A stretch of 64,000 bases of DNA from an uncultured Bacilli bacterium (lineage in GTDB: Bacteria; Bacillota_I; Bacilli_A; RF39; UBA660): assembly GCA_947629315.1 (NCBI GenBank), contig CANRDB010000003.1, forward strand, positions 1,718-65,717. Reading direction: 5' to 3'. How positions within the stretch are numbered: position 1 is the first letter of the stretch; every line of letters starts with the position of its first letter. Of this stretch, positions 48,215 through 57,558 are shown piece after piece. Under the pieces are notes generated by a model. That model was not told the origin of the DNA and did not search any database. It worked only from the letters and a program-made list of their open reading frames with translations. The translations under genes were made by a program, and so were the position numbers.

Positions 48215-49438
48215 ATGAAATTATCAGAGGATTTACAATGGAGAGGATTAATTAAGGATATCAGTTCTCCTGAATTATTAAAAAAATTAGATGAGGAACA
48301 ACTTACTTTTTATATTGGAACAGATCCAACGGCTGATTCTATGCATATTGGACATTTTTCATCCTTTTTAATAGCGAATCGTTTAGCGCGTTATGGTCAT
48401 AAGCCTATTTTGTTAGTAGGGGGGGCGACAGGACTGATTGGAGATCCCAAGCCTTCGCAAGAGCGTCAAATGATTTCAGCTGATGAAGTATTAAAAAATG
48501 TGGAAGGACTTACACGTCAAGCAAAACAAATTTTTGGATTTGAAGTAGTGAATAACTATGATTGGACAAAAGATATGACGATTCTTGATTTTTTAAGAGA
48601 TTATGGAAAATATATCAATGTCAATTATATGTTGGATAAGGATATTATTAGTCGTCGTTTAGATTCGGGAATTACGTTTTGTGAATTTGCTTATACCTTA
48701 TTACAAGGAATGGATTTTGTACACCTTTATGAAGAAAAAGGGGTTACCTTACAAGTTGCCGGATCAGATCAATGGGGTAATATTACGACGGGTATTGAAC
48801 TTGCCCGTAAGATGAAAGATGTTGAATTATATGGAATGACAATGCCTCTCGTAGTGGATTCTAATGGTGTTAAATTTGGAAAGACAGAGGGGAATGCGTT
48901 GTGGCTTGATAAAAATAAGACATCCAGTTATGAATTGTATCAATATCTCATCAATGCTAGTGATGATTGTGTAATCGATTATTTAAAAAAATTAACGTTC
49001 TTATCCAAAGAGGAAATAGAAGAATTAGAAGCAAAACATCAACAGAAACCAGAAGATAGAATAGCTCAAAAGGCCTTGGCCCATGAGGTGATTACTTTCC
49101 TTCATGGCGAAGATGAGTATCGCAAAGCGGAACATATCAGTGAAGTGCTATTTAACGGGAATATTAAAGAGTTATCCCTAGAGGAAGTGGAAGCTGGCTT
49201 TAAGGATGTTCCTAATTTCGAAATGACAGAATGTACCTTGTTAGAATTACTAGTGAATCAAAAGATTGCTAGCAGTAGAAGAGAGGCAAGAGAGTTTTTA
49301 GCGGCTGGTTCGATTACGATAAATGGTGAGAAAGTAACAGATGAAAACCAAGTGATTACACCAGATATGGCTATTGAACAGAAAATCATTATTATCCGTC
49401 GTGGTAAAAAGAAATATTATATGGGAGTTTTTGTATAA
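48215..49438 (+). CDS. tyrS: Tyrosine--tRNA ligase
   Basis: 'GTDPTADSMHIGH' (HIGH), 'KFGKTE' (KMSKS), and a C-terminal S4 domain ('SSRREAREFLAAGSITINGEKV'). Confidence 0.95.
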   Translation: MKLSEDLQWRGLIKDISSPELLKKLDEEQLTFYIGTDPTADSMHIGHFSSFLIANRLARYGHKPILLVGGATGLIGDPKPSQERQMISADEVLKNVEGLTRQAKQIFGFEVVNNYDWTKDMTILDFLRDYGKYINVNYMLDKDIISRRLDSGITFCEFAYTLLQGMDFVHLYEEKGVTLQVAGSDQWGNITTGIELARKMKDVELYGMTMPLVVDSNGVKFGKTEGNALWLDKNKTSSYELYQYLINASDDCVIDYLKKLTFLSKEEIEELEAKHQQKPEDRIAQKALAHEVITFLHGEDEYRKAEHISEVLFNGNIKELSLEEVEAGFKDVPNFEMTECTLLELLVNQKIASSRREAREFLAAGSITINGEKVTDENQVITPDMAIEQKIIIIRRGKKKYYMGVFV

Positions 49439-49455
49439 AAACTTCCTTTTCTTTG
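49423..49455 (+). terminator. Intrinsic terminator after tyrS (its stop codon is in the hairpin)
   Basis: 10-bp stem GGGAGTTTTT/AAAAACTTCC (one G.U) with a 4-nt loop, then TTTTCTTT. Confidence 0.65.
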
Positions 49456-49671
49456 CTCAAAGTGTGAAAATTTGGCTACTAAATTGCGAAACAAAAAAAA
49501 GAATGATGAAAACATTGTGGATACGAATCCTTTTTATGCTTTAGAAAAGAGGGTGTAGTTTATTATTGGGATAATGATATAGTCAATGTGCTTATGACTA
49601 TTTATCAAAATGGTGATCATGAAATTTCTCCATTGATGTGAAAAGGACAGTAAGAAGAAAATTTTAGACAA

Positions 49672-49703
49672 CAAAAAACCTCCGTTTCAAACGGAAGTTT
49701 TTT
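49672..49703 (-). terminator. Intrinsic terminator after rpsD (minus strand)
   Basis: Minus-strand stem ACTTCCGTT/AACGGAGGT (one U.G) with a TGA loop, followed by TTTTTTGTTG. Confidence 0.75.
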
Positions 49704-49704
49704 A

Positions 49705-50313
49705 TTATCTATTGTAGAATTCAACGATTAATGATTCATTAATATCAGCATTAAGTTCACTACGTTCTGGGTATCTTACATAAGTACCAGACATTTTTGT
49801 ATCATCAAAAGTAACAAAATCTACACGTCTTGTTAAAGCTTCTAGAGAAGACTTAACAACTTTCAATTCTTTGGCATTCTCTTTAAGAGCAATAACATCA
49901 CCTGGTTTACAAGTGTAGGAAGGAATATTAACGTTCTTTCCATTGACTGTTAAATGTCCATGATTGACAAGTTGTCTAGCGCCTTTTCTAGTAGTAGAAA
50001 GACCCATACGATAAGCAACATTATCTAAACGACTCTCTAGTAATTTTAAAAGATTTTCTCCATGAACACCTTTCATTTTACCAGCAAGTTCAAATGTTTT
50101 ACGGAATTGTTTTTCATTTAGTCCATACATGAATCTAACTTTTTGTTTTTCTTGTAACTGAACTCCGTAATCAGATAATTTTTTACCACGTTTATTTCCA
50201 TGTTGTCCTGGAGCATAAGGCTTTTTAGCAAGTTCTTCTCCTGTTTCAAGGATAGAGAACCCTAAACGACGTGATTTTCTGTAACTTGAATCGGTATATC
50301 TTGACATCTTCAT
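49705..50313 (-). CDS. rpsD: 30S ribosomal protein S4
   Basis: '[17 protein letters not shown]', 'QLQEKQK.RF.YG', and the S4 domain '[28 protein letters not shown]'. Confidence 0.95.
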   Translation of the reverse strand: MKMSRYTDSSYRKSRRLGFSILETGEELAKKPYAPGQHGNKRGKKLSDYGVQLQEKQKVRFMYGLNEKQFRKTFELAGKMKGVHGENLLKLLESRLDNVAYRMGLSTTRKGARQLVNHGHLTVNGKNVNIPSYTCKPGDVIALKENAKELKVVKSSLEALTRRVDFVTFDDTKMSGTYVRYPERSELNADINESLIVEFYNR

Positions 50314-50463
50314 TCTCCTTTCTTTTGATGAAAGAAGCTTTTTTACACATAAATAGGGTGTCTTATATCAATATCTTCACCTGCAGCAAGATTACAAATA
50401 ACCCCTATAGGGAATAGACACATTACTCATGTTAAAATATGCTGCTAATTCATCGCAGTTATA
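50314..50463 (-). promoter_or_regulatory. rpsD 5' leader (candidate S4 autoregulatory mRNA structure)
   Basis: About 150-nt untranslated leader between the promoter and the AGGAGA RBS. It contains the palindrome CCCTATAGGGG and other pairing potential. B. subtilis rpsD is autoregulated through its leader. Confidence 0.5.
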
Positions 50464-50492
50464 ATTATATTATGGATTTCTTGATAAGTCAA
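50464..50492 (-). promoter_or_regulatory. Sigma-A-type promoter for rpsD (minus strand)
   Basis: On the minus strand: TTGACT (50492-50487), 17-nt spacer, TATAAT (50469-50464). Confidence 0.7.
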
Positions 50493-50588
50493 GAAAAAAC
50501 CAATCAAAATCAAGGAAAACCGTAGAAATATTGTGAGAAATATCGAAAAATATAAAAAAATATGCTATACTTAATAGTAGGTGATAGT

Positions 50589-52307
50589 ATGAGTGACCAT
50601 CTAATCGTGATTATTGCGGTAATTGTGGCAATTCTTTTATTGATTGTCGGTGTCATTTTTTTTCTTCGTAGTAATCGAACGAAACGTATTAAAAAGATAT
50701 TAGAAAAATTAGAAATAGAGAAAAATAAGATAGATTCTTCTCCTATTGTACCAGAACTCGCGAAAGTAGAATCCATTTTAAATAATGAGAAATTAGAGGC
50801 TATGTATAAAGAATGGAGAGAACGTCTTCAAGATATTAAAGATACTCAGATTCCTAAAATTACAGATATGATTCTAGATACAGAATATTCCTTATCGCAA
50901 CATAGTTATAAAAATACGCTTTGTAAGTTAGCGAAACTAGAGATGGAAGTTTATAAGGTAAGAACCAATTCCGATTTCTTATTAGGAGAAATTAAGGAAA
51001 TTACTTCGAGTGAAGAACGTAGTAGAGAGATTATTACCGAATTTAAAGTTCGTTTTCGTAATTTACACGAGAAATTTCAATCTACAAAATCGGAATATGG
51101 CGCCATGACAGATGTCATTCAAAAGCAATTTGAAGTGATCTCTAAAAGATTTGAAGACTTTGAAACCATCATGGATAATAACGAGTATACGGAAGTAAAC
51201 GAAATTATTCAGATTATTAGTGACTTATTAAAACATATGGAAATTGCGATAGAAGAAGTACCATCCATTGTTCTTTTAGCTTATAATGTATTACCAAAAA
51301 GAATGAAAGAGATAGAGGATGTCTATCACCAAATGGTCAAAGCTGGATATCCACTCGACTATTTGAATGTAGAGTACAATATTGAAGAGGCTAGTAAGAA
51401 AATCGGGGATATTATTGTTAGAACGAGAAGTCTAAATTTAGAGGAAAGTCTATTTGAATTAAAAGTATTACTCGATTATTTTGATTCTGTTTTTAATGAT
51501 TTTGAAAAGGAAAAAGCAGCTCGGGCTGACTATGAAAACAACAATGTGTCATTCCGTAATAAATTGAATAAGATTAGTAAGGTTGTCGAAGATATTTTTA
51601 CCCAACTAGACGATATTAAAAATGTATACAACCTATCAGAAGAAGATATTGAAGTTTTAAAACAGATTCATCAAGAACTATCCGATTTAGCGTATAATTA
51701 TAAGGTATTAATTGATCACACTTCTAATAATACATTCGCTTATACGAAAATTGTCAAAGAATTAGAATCTTTAGGACTTACGCTTGCTAAAATAGAGGAT
51801 AAGTTAAATAATTCGTTAGATGCGATTGGTAGTATGAGAGATGACGAAGCAAGGGCACGACAACAGTTGGATGAAATTAAGATGATTCTAAAAGAGTCTA
51901 AAATGATGATGAGAGAATATAAATTACCTTATATTCCTCAACCTTACTATGTCGAGTTACGAGAAGCTATGAGTGCGATTCGGGAAATTGTGAAAGAGTT
52001 AGATAAAAAACCAATTACCATTAGTGTGTTAAATACAAGAGTAGATACGGCCCGTGATTTGGTATTAAAGTTATATACGAGAACAAAAGATTTATTGAAA
52101 GTTGCTCGTTTTGCTGAATTGGCTATTATTTATAGTAATCGTTATCGTAGTAGTTATGAGGGATTGAACAGTAAATTAAATGTTTCTGAACAACTTTTTA
52201 GTAGGGGAGAATATCAGAAATCTTTGGAATTAACAATTAGTTTATTAAATAAAATAGAACCAGGAGTTTATGATAAGTTAGTTTACTTATATGGAGAAAA
52301 TCAGTAG
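50589..52307 (+). CDS. ezrA: Septation ring formation regulator EzrA
   Basis: Trimmed to the ATG at 50589 (TAGGTGA RBS). Single N-terminal TM followed by about 540 aa of spectrin-like coiled coil. 'IPELAKVE..' start typical of EzrA. Sits near rpsD as in B. subtilis. Confidence 0.88.
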   Translation: MSDHLIVIIAVIVAILLLIVGVIFFLRSNRTKRIKKILEKLEIEKNKIDSSPIVPELAKVESILNNEKLEAMYKEWRERLQDIKDTQIPKITDMILDTEYSLSQHSYKNTLCKLAKLEMEVYKVRTNSDFLLGEIKEITSSEERSREIITEFKVRFRNLHEKFQSTKSEYGAMTDVIQKQFEVISKRFEDFETIMDNNEYTEVNEIIQIISDLLKHMEIAIEEVPSIVLLAYNVLPKRMKEIEDVYHQMVKAGYPLDYLNVEYNIEEASKKIGDIIVRTRSLNLEESLFELKVLLDYFDSVFNDFEKEKAARADYENNNVSFRNKLNKISKVVEDIFTQLDDIKNVYNLSEEDIEVLKQIHQELSDLAYNYKVLIDHTSNNTFAYTKIVKELESLGLTLAKIEDKLNNSLDAIGSMRDDEARARQQLDEIKMILKESKMMMREYKLPYIPQPYYVELREAMSAIREIVKELDKKPITISVLNTRVDTARDLVLKLYTRTKDLLKVARFAELAIIYSNRYRSSYEGLNSKLNVSEQLFSRGEYQKSLELTISLLNKIEPGVYDKLVYLYGENQ

Positions 52308-52315
52308 GAGGTAGT

Positions 52316-53716
52316 ATGAGATTAAAAGAATCAGAGTTACAAAAATCCATTCAGGATCAGGTAAAACAGGAAGAGACTCCTAAGAATAACTCTAAAAAGG
52401 ACAATGGGAAAAAACAAACAGTAAAGGAAACTACAGCTGAAAGGATTCCAACGGAAGAAGTTGTAACGGAATCTGCTAGGATAAATGAGCCATCGGAAAC
52501 ACCAGTAGAGGAAGTTGTAACCGAATCTTCTAGTACGGATGAGTCAGGGGAAACGCAAGCAACACCGGTAGAAGAAGTCAAAGTGGATATAGTTACGGAA
52601 AATCCAGTACCAGAAGTTCCTACTGCGACAGTAGAACAATCAACAGAAGCGGGTTCTCATACAAAGGTATTAGATAATTTAGTGAAAGAGGTACAAATTT
52701 TTTCAGATGATGAAGATTTTATGCCACCAAAGAAAAAGGGAAGAGTGATTGTGACCATTGTGATTGTTCTTCTCATCGTCGCACTAGTGGTGGTAGGAAT
52801 TGTCTACGTTCTTCCTTCTTTCCGCAAGGATAAGAAAGATTCCAATTCTTCGCCAACGGTACCTTCTGTCGATGTAGGATACACCTATACCTATCGTGAT
52901 GGAATGATTGTTTTTCAAAATGGTAGTACCGAGATAGATAGTTATCGATGTGTTCATCCAGAATGTTCTGTCTATAGTGAGGGAAAATATCAATATCATA
53001 AAAATGGTGTCATTGCGATTCAAGATGGAGAAAATATTTTCTTATATAATTATTTAGAGAAAAAGGAAATTTCTGAAAATTATACACGTTTAGAAAATCT
53101 TATGAGAGATGGCGATACAGTTTCTTTTATAGCAGAAGATGCTAATGGAAAAGTAGGAATCATCGATGTGAATGGAAAAGTAGTTCTTCCTTTTGACTAT
53201 AGTAATCTTGCCTATTCTTTTGGAGGCGGAGAAGTTACCGATTATTCTTATGAAAAGAATGTGATTACTGCTTCTAAAGAGGGAGATTGGGGATTAATTA
53301 CTTTGGATAATGGAACAGAGAAGATTCCTTGTCAATATGATGATATCTACTATAATGGGCTAGAGGTAGTAGCTGTTAAAGATACCGGTTTGTGGTACTT
53401 ACTTGATCTTCAAGGCAATCCTGTTTTAGAGGGTGGATATGACATGATTATTCCTCTAGAAAGTTATCTACTTGTCTCTCAAAATAATGCTTTTATGATT
53501 TTAAATTATCAAGGAGAGAGAGTCATTCAACAAGATATCCCTACTTATTTAAAAGGATTTAGAGGAAGATTGGTAAAAGAAGTTCCTTGCTTTAAAATTG
53601 AACAGGACGGAACGATGGTTACCATTTATATCATGGAATCAGAGACAGATGAAACCTTATATGACCTTTATAGGTTTAATACTGTGAATGGAGAATTAAG
53701 CGCTATTATTCGATAA
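52316..53716 (+). CDS. Membrane protein with an acidic repeat N-terminus and extracytoplasmic WG-repeat (KWG-like) domain
   Basis: GGAGG RBS. TM 'VIVTIVIVLLIVALVVVGIVYVL'. Repeats 'GKVGIIDVNGKVVLPFDY', 'GDWGLITLDNGTEKIPCQYDDI' and 'GLWYLLDLQGNPVLEGGYD'. Confidence 0.72.
   Translation: MRLKESELQKSIQDQVKQEETPKNNSKKDNGKKQTVKETTAERIPTEEVVTESARINEPSETPVEEVVTESSSTDESGETQATPVEEVKVDIVTENPVPEVPTATVEQSTEAGSHTKVLDNLVKEVQIFSDDEDFMPPKKKGRVIVTIVIVLLIVALVVVGIVYVLPSFRKDKKDSNSSPTVPSVDVGYTYTYRDGMIVFQNGSTEIDSYRCVHPECSVYSEGKYQYHKNGVIAIQDGENIFLYNYLEKKEISENYTRLENLMRDGDTVSFIAEDANGKVGIIDVNGKVVLPFDYSNLAYSFGGGEVTDYSYEKNVITASKEGDWGLITLDNGTEKIPCQYDDIYYNGLEVVAVKDTGLWYLLDLQGNPVLEGGYDMIIPLESYLLVSQNNAFMILNYQGERVIQQDIPTYLKGFRGRLVKEVPCFKIEQDGTMVTIYIMESETDETLYDLYRFNTVNGELSAIIR
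52448..52579 (+). repeat. About 2.4 x 54-nt in-frame tandem repeat (P-x-EEVVTES... units)
   Basis: 52448-52501 encodes PTEEVVTESARINEPSET. 52502-52555 encodes PVEEVVTESSSTDESGET. A partial third unit encodes QATPVEEV. Confidence 0.8.
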
Positions 53717-53835
53717 GGACTACTTAGTAGCCCTTTTCTTTGACGATGCGATAAAACTGGAAAAAAGTGATAAATTTATTTGCAAACAATCAACTTTGTG
53801 ATACAATGGTTTTGTTTTTAGAAAAGGAAAAGATT

Positions 53836-55005
53836 ATGAAAAAATTATTATTGATTAAATATGGAGAATTGACAACCAAAAAGGGAAATCGCAATACATT
53901 TATTAAGTTATTAGTAAAAAATATTCGTGCTGTTTTAATAGATGAAGAATATGAACTTCATTATGATCGAGTACGAATGTATGTCGAAACATCTCATACT
54001 GATAGAATTATTTCTAAATTAGAGAAAGTATTTGGTATTCACAGTATAGTAGAATGTTTCCAAGTAAATACTAATATGGAAGAAATATCTTCTTCGCTAG
54101 TAGAATTGTTAAAAGAGATTCCTTTTCAAACATTCAAGGTAGAAACGAAAAGAGCTGATAAAAATTTTCCTATTCCTAGTATGGAATGTAGTCGTCTTCT
54201 AGGAGGAGTTATTTTAAAGAATTTTCCTTGTAAGGTAGATGTTCATCACCCAGAACTGACGGTTAAGGTAGAAATCCGAAAAGAAGGGGCTTTCCTTTAT
54301 ATTCGAGAACTCCCAGGAATTGGAGGATATCCTGTCGGTATTCAAGGAAAAGGATTATTGATGCTTAGTGGAGGCATCGATTCTCCGGTAGCGGGATATC
54401 TATCTTTAAAAAGGGGAGTAGACTTGGAATGTCTCTATTTTGAATCTCCTCCGCATACTAGTTTAGAAGCTAAAAATAAAGTTTTGAAATTAGCGACAAT
54501 CATCAATGAATATTCTGGAAATATCAAGGTTCATGTAGTTCCTTTTACGAAATTGCAAGAAGAAATTTATAAGAATGTTCCAGAAAGTTATGTAATCACC
54601 ATCATGCGGCGAATGATGTATCGGATTGCGCAACGAGTGGTAGATAGAAGAAAATTAAAAATTATTTTGAATGGAGAAAGCATTGGACAAGTGGCTAGTC
54701 AAACTTTGGATAGCATGCGTGTCATTAATAGTGTAACCAATCTTCCTGTAATTAGACCTGTTGCTTGTATGGATAAATTAGAAATTATTGAGATTGCTAA
54801 AAAAATTGGAACTTATGAAACGAGTATTCTTCCATTTGAGGATTGCTGTACCATCTTTTTACCAAAGCATCCTGTTATTAATCCTAATTTGGAAAAATGT
54901 ATAGAATATGAATCGAGAATGGATTATGAAAAATATATAGAGGAATGTATCATGAATATAGAGACAGTTTCTCTTCATCAAGAGTCCGTTGATGATTTAT
55001 TATAA
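53836..55005 (+). CDS. thiI: tRNA 4-thiouridine(8) synthase ThiI
   Basis: Trimmed to the ATG at 53836. 'LLIKYGELTTKKGNR' (ferredoxin-like/THUMP N-terminus) and the PP-loop 'LSGGIDSPVA'. Confidence 0.92.
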   Translation: MKKLLLIKYGELTTKKGNRNTFIKLLVKNIRAVLIDEEYELHYDRVRMYVETSHTDRIISKLEKVFGIHSIVECFQVNTNMEEISSSLVELLKEIPFQTFKVETKRADKNFPIPSMECSRLLGGVILKNFPCKVDVHHPELTVKVEIRKEGAFLYIRELPGIGGYPVGIQGKGLLMLSGGIDSPVAGYLSLKRGVDLECLYFESPPHTSLEAKNKVLKLATIINEYSGNIKVHVVPFTKLQEEIYKNVPESYVITIMRRMMYRIAQRVVDRRKLKIILNGESIGQVASQTLDSMRVINSVTNLPVIRPVACMDKLEIIEIAKKIGTYETSILPFEDCCTIFLPKHPVINPNLEKCIEYESRMDYEKYIEECIMNIETVSLHQESVDDLL

Positions 55006-55019
55006 CCAATAATTACCAG

Positions 55020-55048
55020 GTATGAAACCATCTTTTGTACACATGATA
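55020..55048 (+). promoter_or_regulatory. Forespore-type (sigma-G/F-like) promoter candidate for the SASP gene
   Basis: GTATG (55020-55024), 17 nt, CATGATA (55042-55048). Compare the sigma-G consensus GHATR-N17/18-CATNNTA. Confidence 0.5.
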
Positions 55049-55071
55049 TTAGTGTACAGGAGGTGAGAATA

Positions 55072-55281
55072 ATGAGTAACAACAGTAATACAAATAAATT
55101 AGTTGTACCAGGAGCAAAACAAGCTATCGAAAAAATGAAATACGAAATCGCTTCTGAGTTAGGTGTTGCTATGGGTCCAGATGCTACTTCCAGAGCTAAC
55201 GGTTCTGTTGGTGGAGAAATTACTAAAAGATTAGTAAAAATGGGTGAACAACAATTAGGAATGAATAACTTCCAAAAGTAA
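55072..55281 (+). CDS. Alpha/beta-type small acid-soluble spore protein
   Basis: Trimmed to the ATG at 55072 (AGGAGGTG RBS). '[23 protein letters not shown]' and '[17 protein letters not shown]' are the two conserved SASP blocks. Confidence 0.9.
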   Translation: MSNNSNTNKLVVPGAKQAIEKMKYEIASELGVAMGPDATSRANGSVGGEITKRLVKMGEQQLGMNNFQK

Positions 55282-55283
55282 TT

Positions 55284-55311
55284 AAAAAAAGATAGATATC
55301 TATCTTTTTTT
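55284..55311 (+). terminator. Intrinsic terminator after the SASP gene
   Basis: Palindrome AAAGATAGAT/ATCTATCTTT flanked by A7 and T7 runs. Confidence 0.8.
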
Positions 55312-55380
55312 CGTCTAAGAGGGAGCTTTGCTTGATAAAAATAAGGATATATGATACCATTGAGTAGTGGAAGTGATTGT

Positions 55381-56793
55381 ATGAATTTACCAAATTTAAA
55401 AGAGGCAGGAAAAAGAACGAAACAGCAAGTTCCTTTTATAACAGAGGAATATGTTTTACCAGAATCTCTTCAAACATTAGGACTAGGAAGAAAATATTTT
55501 ATTAAGACTTATGGATGTCAGATGAACGTTCATGATTCAGAAAATATAAAAGCTATTCTAGAGATGATGTCTTTTCAGGAGACCGATGATTTTGAAGATG
55601 CTGATTTCATTTTGCTAAATACTTGTGCAATTCGGGAAAATGCTCATAATAAAATGTTTGGTTTTCTAGGAAGAGTCAAACACTTAAAAGAGACGAAACC
55701 TCATATTATTACCGCAATTTGTGGATGTATGGCTCAAGAAGAAAGTGTTGTGGACTCTTTACAGAAACAATATAAGTGGGTAGATATTATTTTTGGAACG
55801 CACAACATTCATCGGCTCCCTTATATATTAGAAAGAGCAATGTCTAGAAAAGAACAAGAAATTGAAGTATATAGTAAAGAGGGAGAAGTCGTTGAGAATA
55901 TTCCGGTAAAAAGAGATTCTCTTTATAAAGCATGGGTAAATATTATGTTTGGGTGTGATAAATTCTGTACGTATTGTATCGTTCCTTATACAAGAGGAAA
56001 ACAGAGAAGTCGTAAGAAAGAATTTATTGTGGAAGAAGTAAAAGAACTTGTGAAAAAAGGGTACCAAGAAGTAACGTTATTAGGACAGAATGTCAATGCC
56101 TATGGAAAAGATTTAGAAGAGGATACTTCGATGGGAGACTTATTAGAGAGTGTTGCGCAAACAGGGATTTCTCGCATTCGCTTTATGACAAGTCATCCTT
56201 GGGATTTTGATGATAAAATGATTGATGTCATTGGTACTTATGATAATATTATGCCTTATGTTCATCTGCCTTTACAGAGTGGATCCAATCGCATTTTAAA
56301 GTTAATGGGTAGACGATATACGAAAGAACAATATTTAGAACTAGTATCTAAATTAAAGAAGAAGATTCCTAATCTCGCTCTTACAACAGATATCATTGTT
56401 GGCTTTCCTGGTGAGACAGAAGAAGATTTTGAAGAAACTTTAGAAGTAGTTCGCCAGTGTGAATACGATTCTGCATTCACCTTCATCTTTTCTCCACGAG
56501 AGGGTACGCCAGCTGCCCGTATGGAAGATAAAACGCCAATGGAAGAAAAGAATCGTCGACTTTATGCATTAAATGATTTGGTAAATGAGTATGCTAATAA
56601 AAAGAATCAAACTTATTTAGGAAAAACAGTTAAAGTTCTGATTGAAGGTCCATCCGAAAAAGGAAATTGGATGGGGTATACGGATACGATGAAATTAGTG
56701 AATGTGGATGGAAAAGAAGATATTCTCGGTAAGATTGTAGAAGTAGAAATTACCGATGTGAAGACATGGAGCTTAGATGGTAAAGTGGTATAA
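55381..56793 (+). CDS. miaB: tRNA-2-methylthio-N6-dimethylallyladenosine synthase MiaB (YmcB)
   Basis: Trimmed to the ATG at 55381. 'YFIKTYGCQMNVHDSE' (UPF0004 domain), radical SAM 'GCDKFCTYCIVP', and a C-terminal TRAM domain. Confidence 0.92.
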   Translation: MNLPNLKEAGKRTKQQVPFITEEYVLPESLQTLGLGRKYFIKTYGCQMNVHDSENIKAILEMMSFQETDDFEDADFILLNTCAIRENAHNKMFGFLGRVKHLKETKPHIITAICGCMAQEESVVDSLQKQYKWVDIIFGTHNIHRLPYILERAMSRKEQEIEVYSKEGEVVENIPVKRDSLYKAWVNIMFGCDKFCTYCIVPYTRGKQRSRKKEFIVEEVKELVKKGYQEVTLLGQNVNAYGKDLEEDTSMGDLLESVAQTGISRIRFMTSHPWDFDDKMIDVIGTYDNIMPYVHLPLQSGSNRILKLMGRRYTKEQYLELVSKLKKKIPNLALTTDIIVGFPGETEEDFEETLEVVRQCEYDSAFTFIFSPREGTPAARMEDKTPMEEKNRRLYALNDLVNEYANKKNQTYLGKTVKVLIEGPSEKGNWMGYTDTMKLVNVDGKEDILGKIVEVEITDVKTWSLDGKVV

Positions 56794-57487
56794 AAATCTA
56801 TCCCCTAAAAAGAAATTCCTATGGGCTTTTAGTGTCCTTGGTGTTATAGGTTTCTTTTTATGGATTGGTAATTATTGTTATCCTAGATGGATGTTATTAC
56901 ATACAGTAGAAAATTTAAAAGAAGTGAATTCTGTCTCTATTAATGGAACTGCTAATGTTTCGATTTCTTCGACGAAATTAAAATTAAAAGGAACTGCAAA
57001 TATGACCAGAAACACGAGCAAATTAGATGTTACTTATCCTCTTTTTGGAATTCCTGTTTCTAATCAAATATATATTCAAACAGGAGAAAAGAAAGTATCT
57101 ATCTACTATGGCATGCAAGGCATCAATCTATGGAATAAAACGGACATTGAAAAGACTAGTGGTGAGAATTCTTCTCTTTCTTATTCCGATATTTCTTATG
57201 AAATTCTTTCGTATCAAAAAGATTCTGCCCATGTTTGTTTCCTCATCGATGGGGATTTACAGGCATTTTTATCGAAATATGGTTTACAGGTTTTGAATTC
57301 TTCTAAAATCGAAGTATGGATCAAACAGGGATACGTTGTTCGTTTAAAGATGGATAGTGGTCGTGTTAGTTTTAAACACTATCCAGAAATTCAGATTGAT
57401 GGATTTGATTTAAATCTTTCTCAGTATAATCAATCTTCGACCGTAGAAATTCCTGAGGATATCCTAAAAAGTACAGGAAATGTCTAA
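56777..57487 (+). CDS. Membrane-anchored hypothetical protein, paralog-like to the 57559 lipoprotein
   Basis: N-terminal TM 'FLWAFSVLGVIGFFLW'. Overlaps the miaB 3' end by 17 nt. Extracytoplasmic beta-rich domain of about 190 aa. Confidence 0.62.
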   Translation: MVKWYKNLSPKKKFLWAFSVLGVIGFFLWIGNYCYPRWMLLHTVENLKEVNSVSINGTANVSISSTKLKLKGTANMTRNTSKLDVTYPLFGIPVSNQIYIQTGEKKVSIYYGMQGINLWNKTDIEKTSGENSSLSYSDISYEILSYQKDSAHVCFLIDGDLQAFLSKYGLQVLNSSKIEVWIKQGYVVRLKMDSGRVSFKHYPEIQIDGFDLNLSQYNQSSTVEIPEDILKSTGNV

Positions 57488-57558
57488 AAAGTGAAAAAAT
57501 ATCAAAAAGATGACAAATATAGGAAAAACTTATGATATAATGTAAGTGGAGGTAGAAA

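Noticed and set aside
50510-50776. 88-aa minus-strand ORF across the ezrA start
   Set aside because: It overlaps the ezrA TM-coding region and the rpsD promoter. EzrA on the + strand is well supported.
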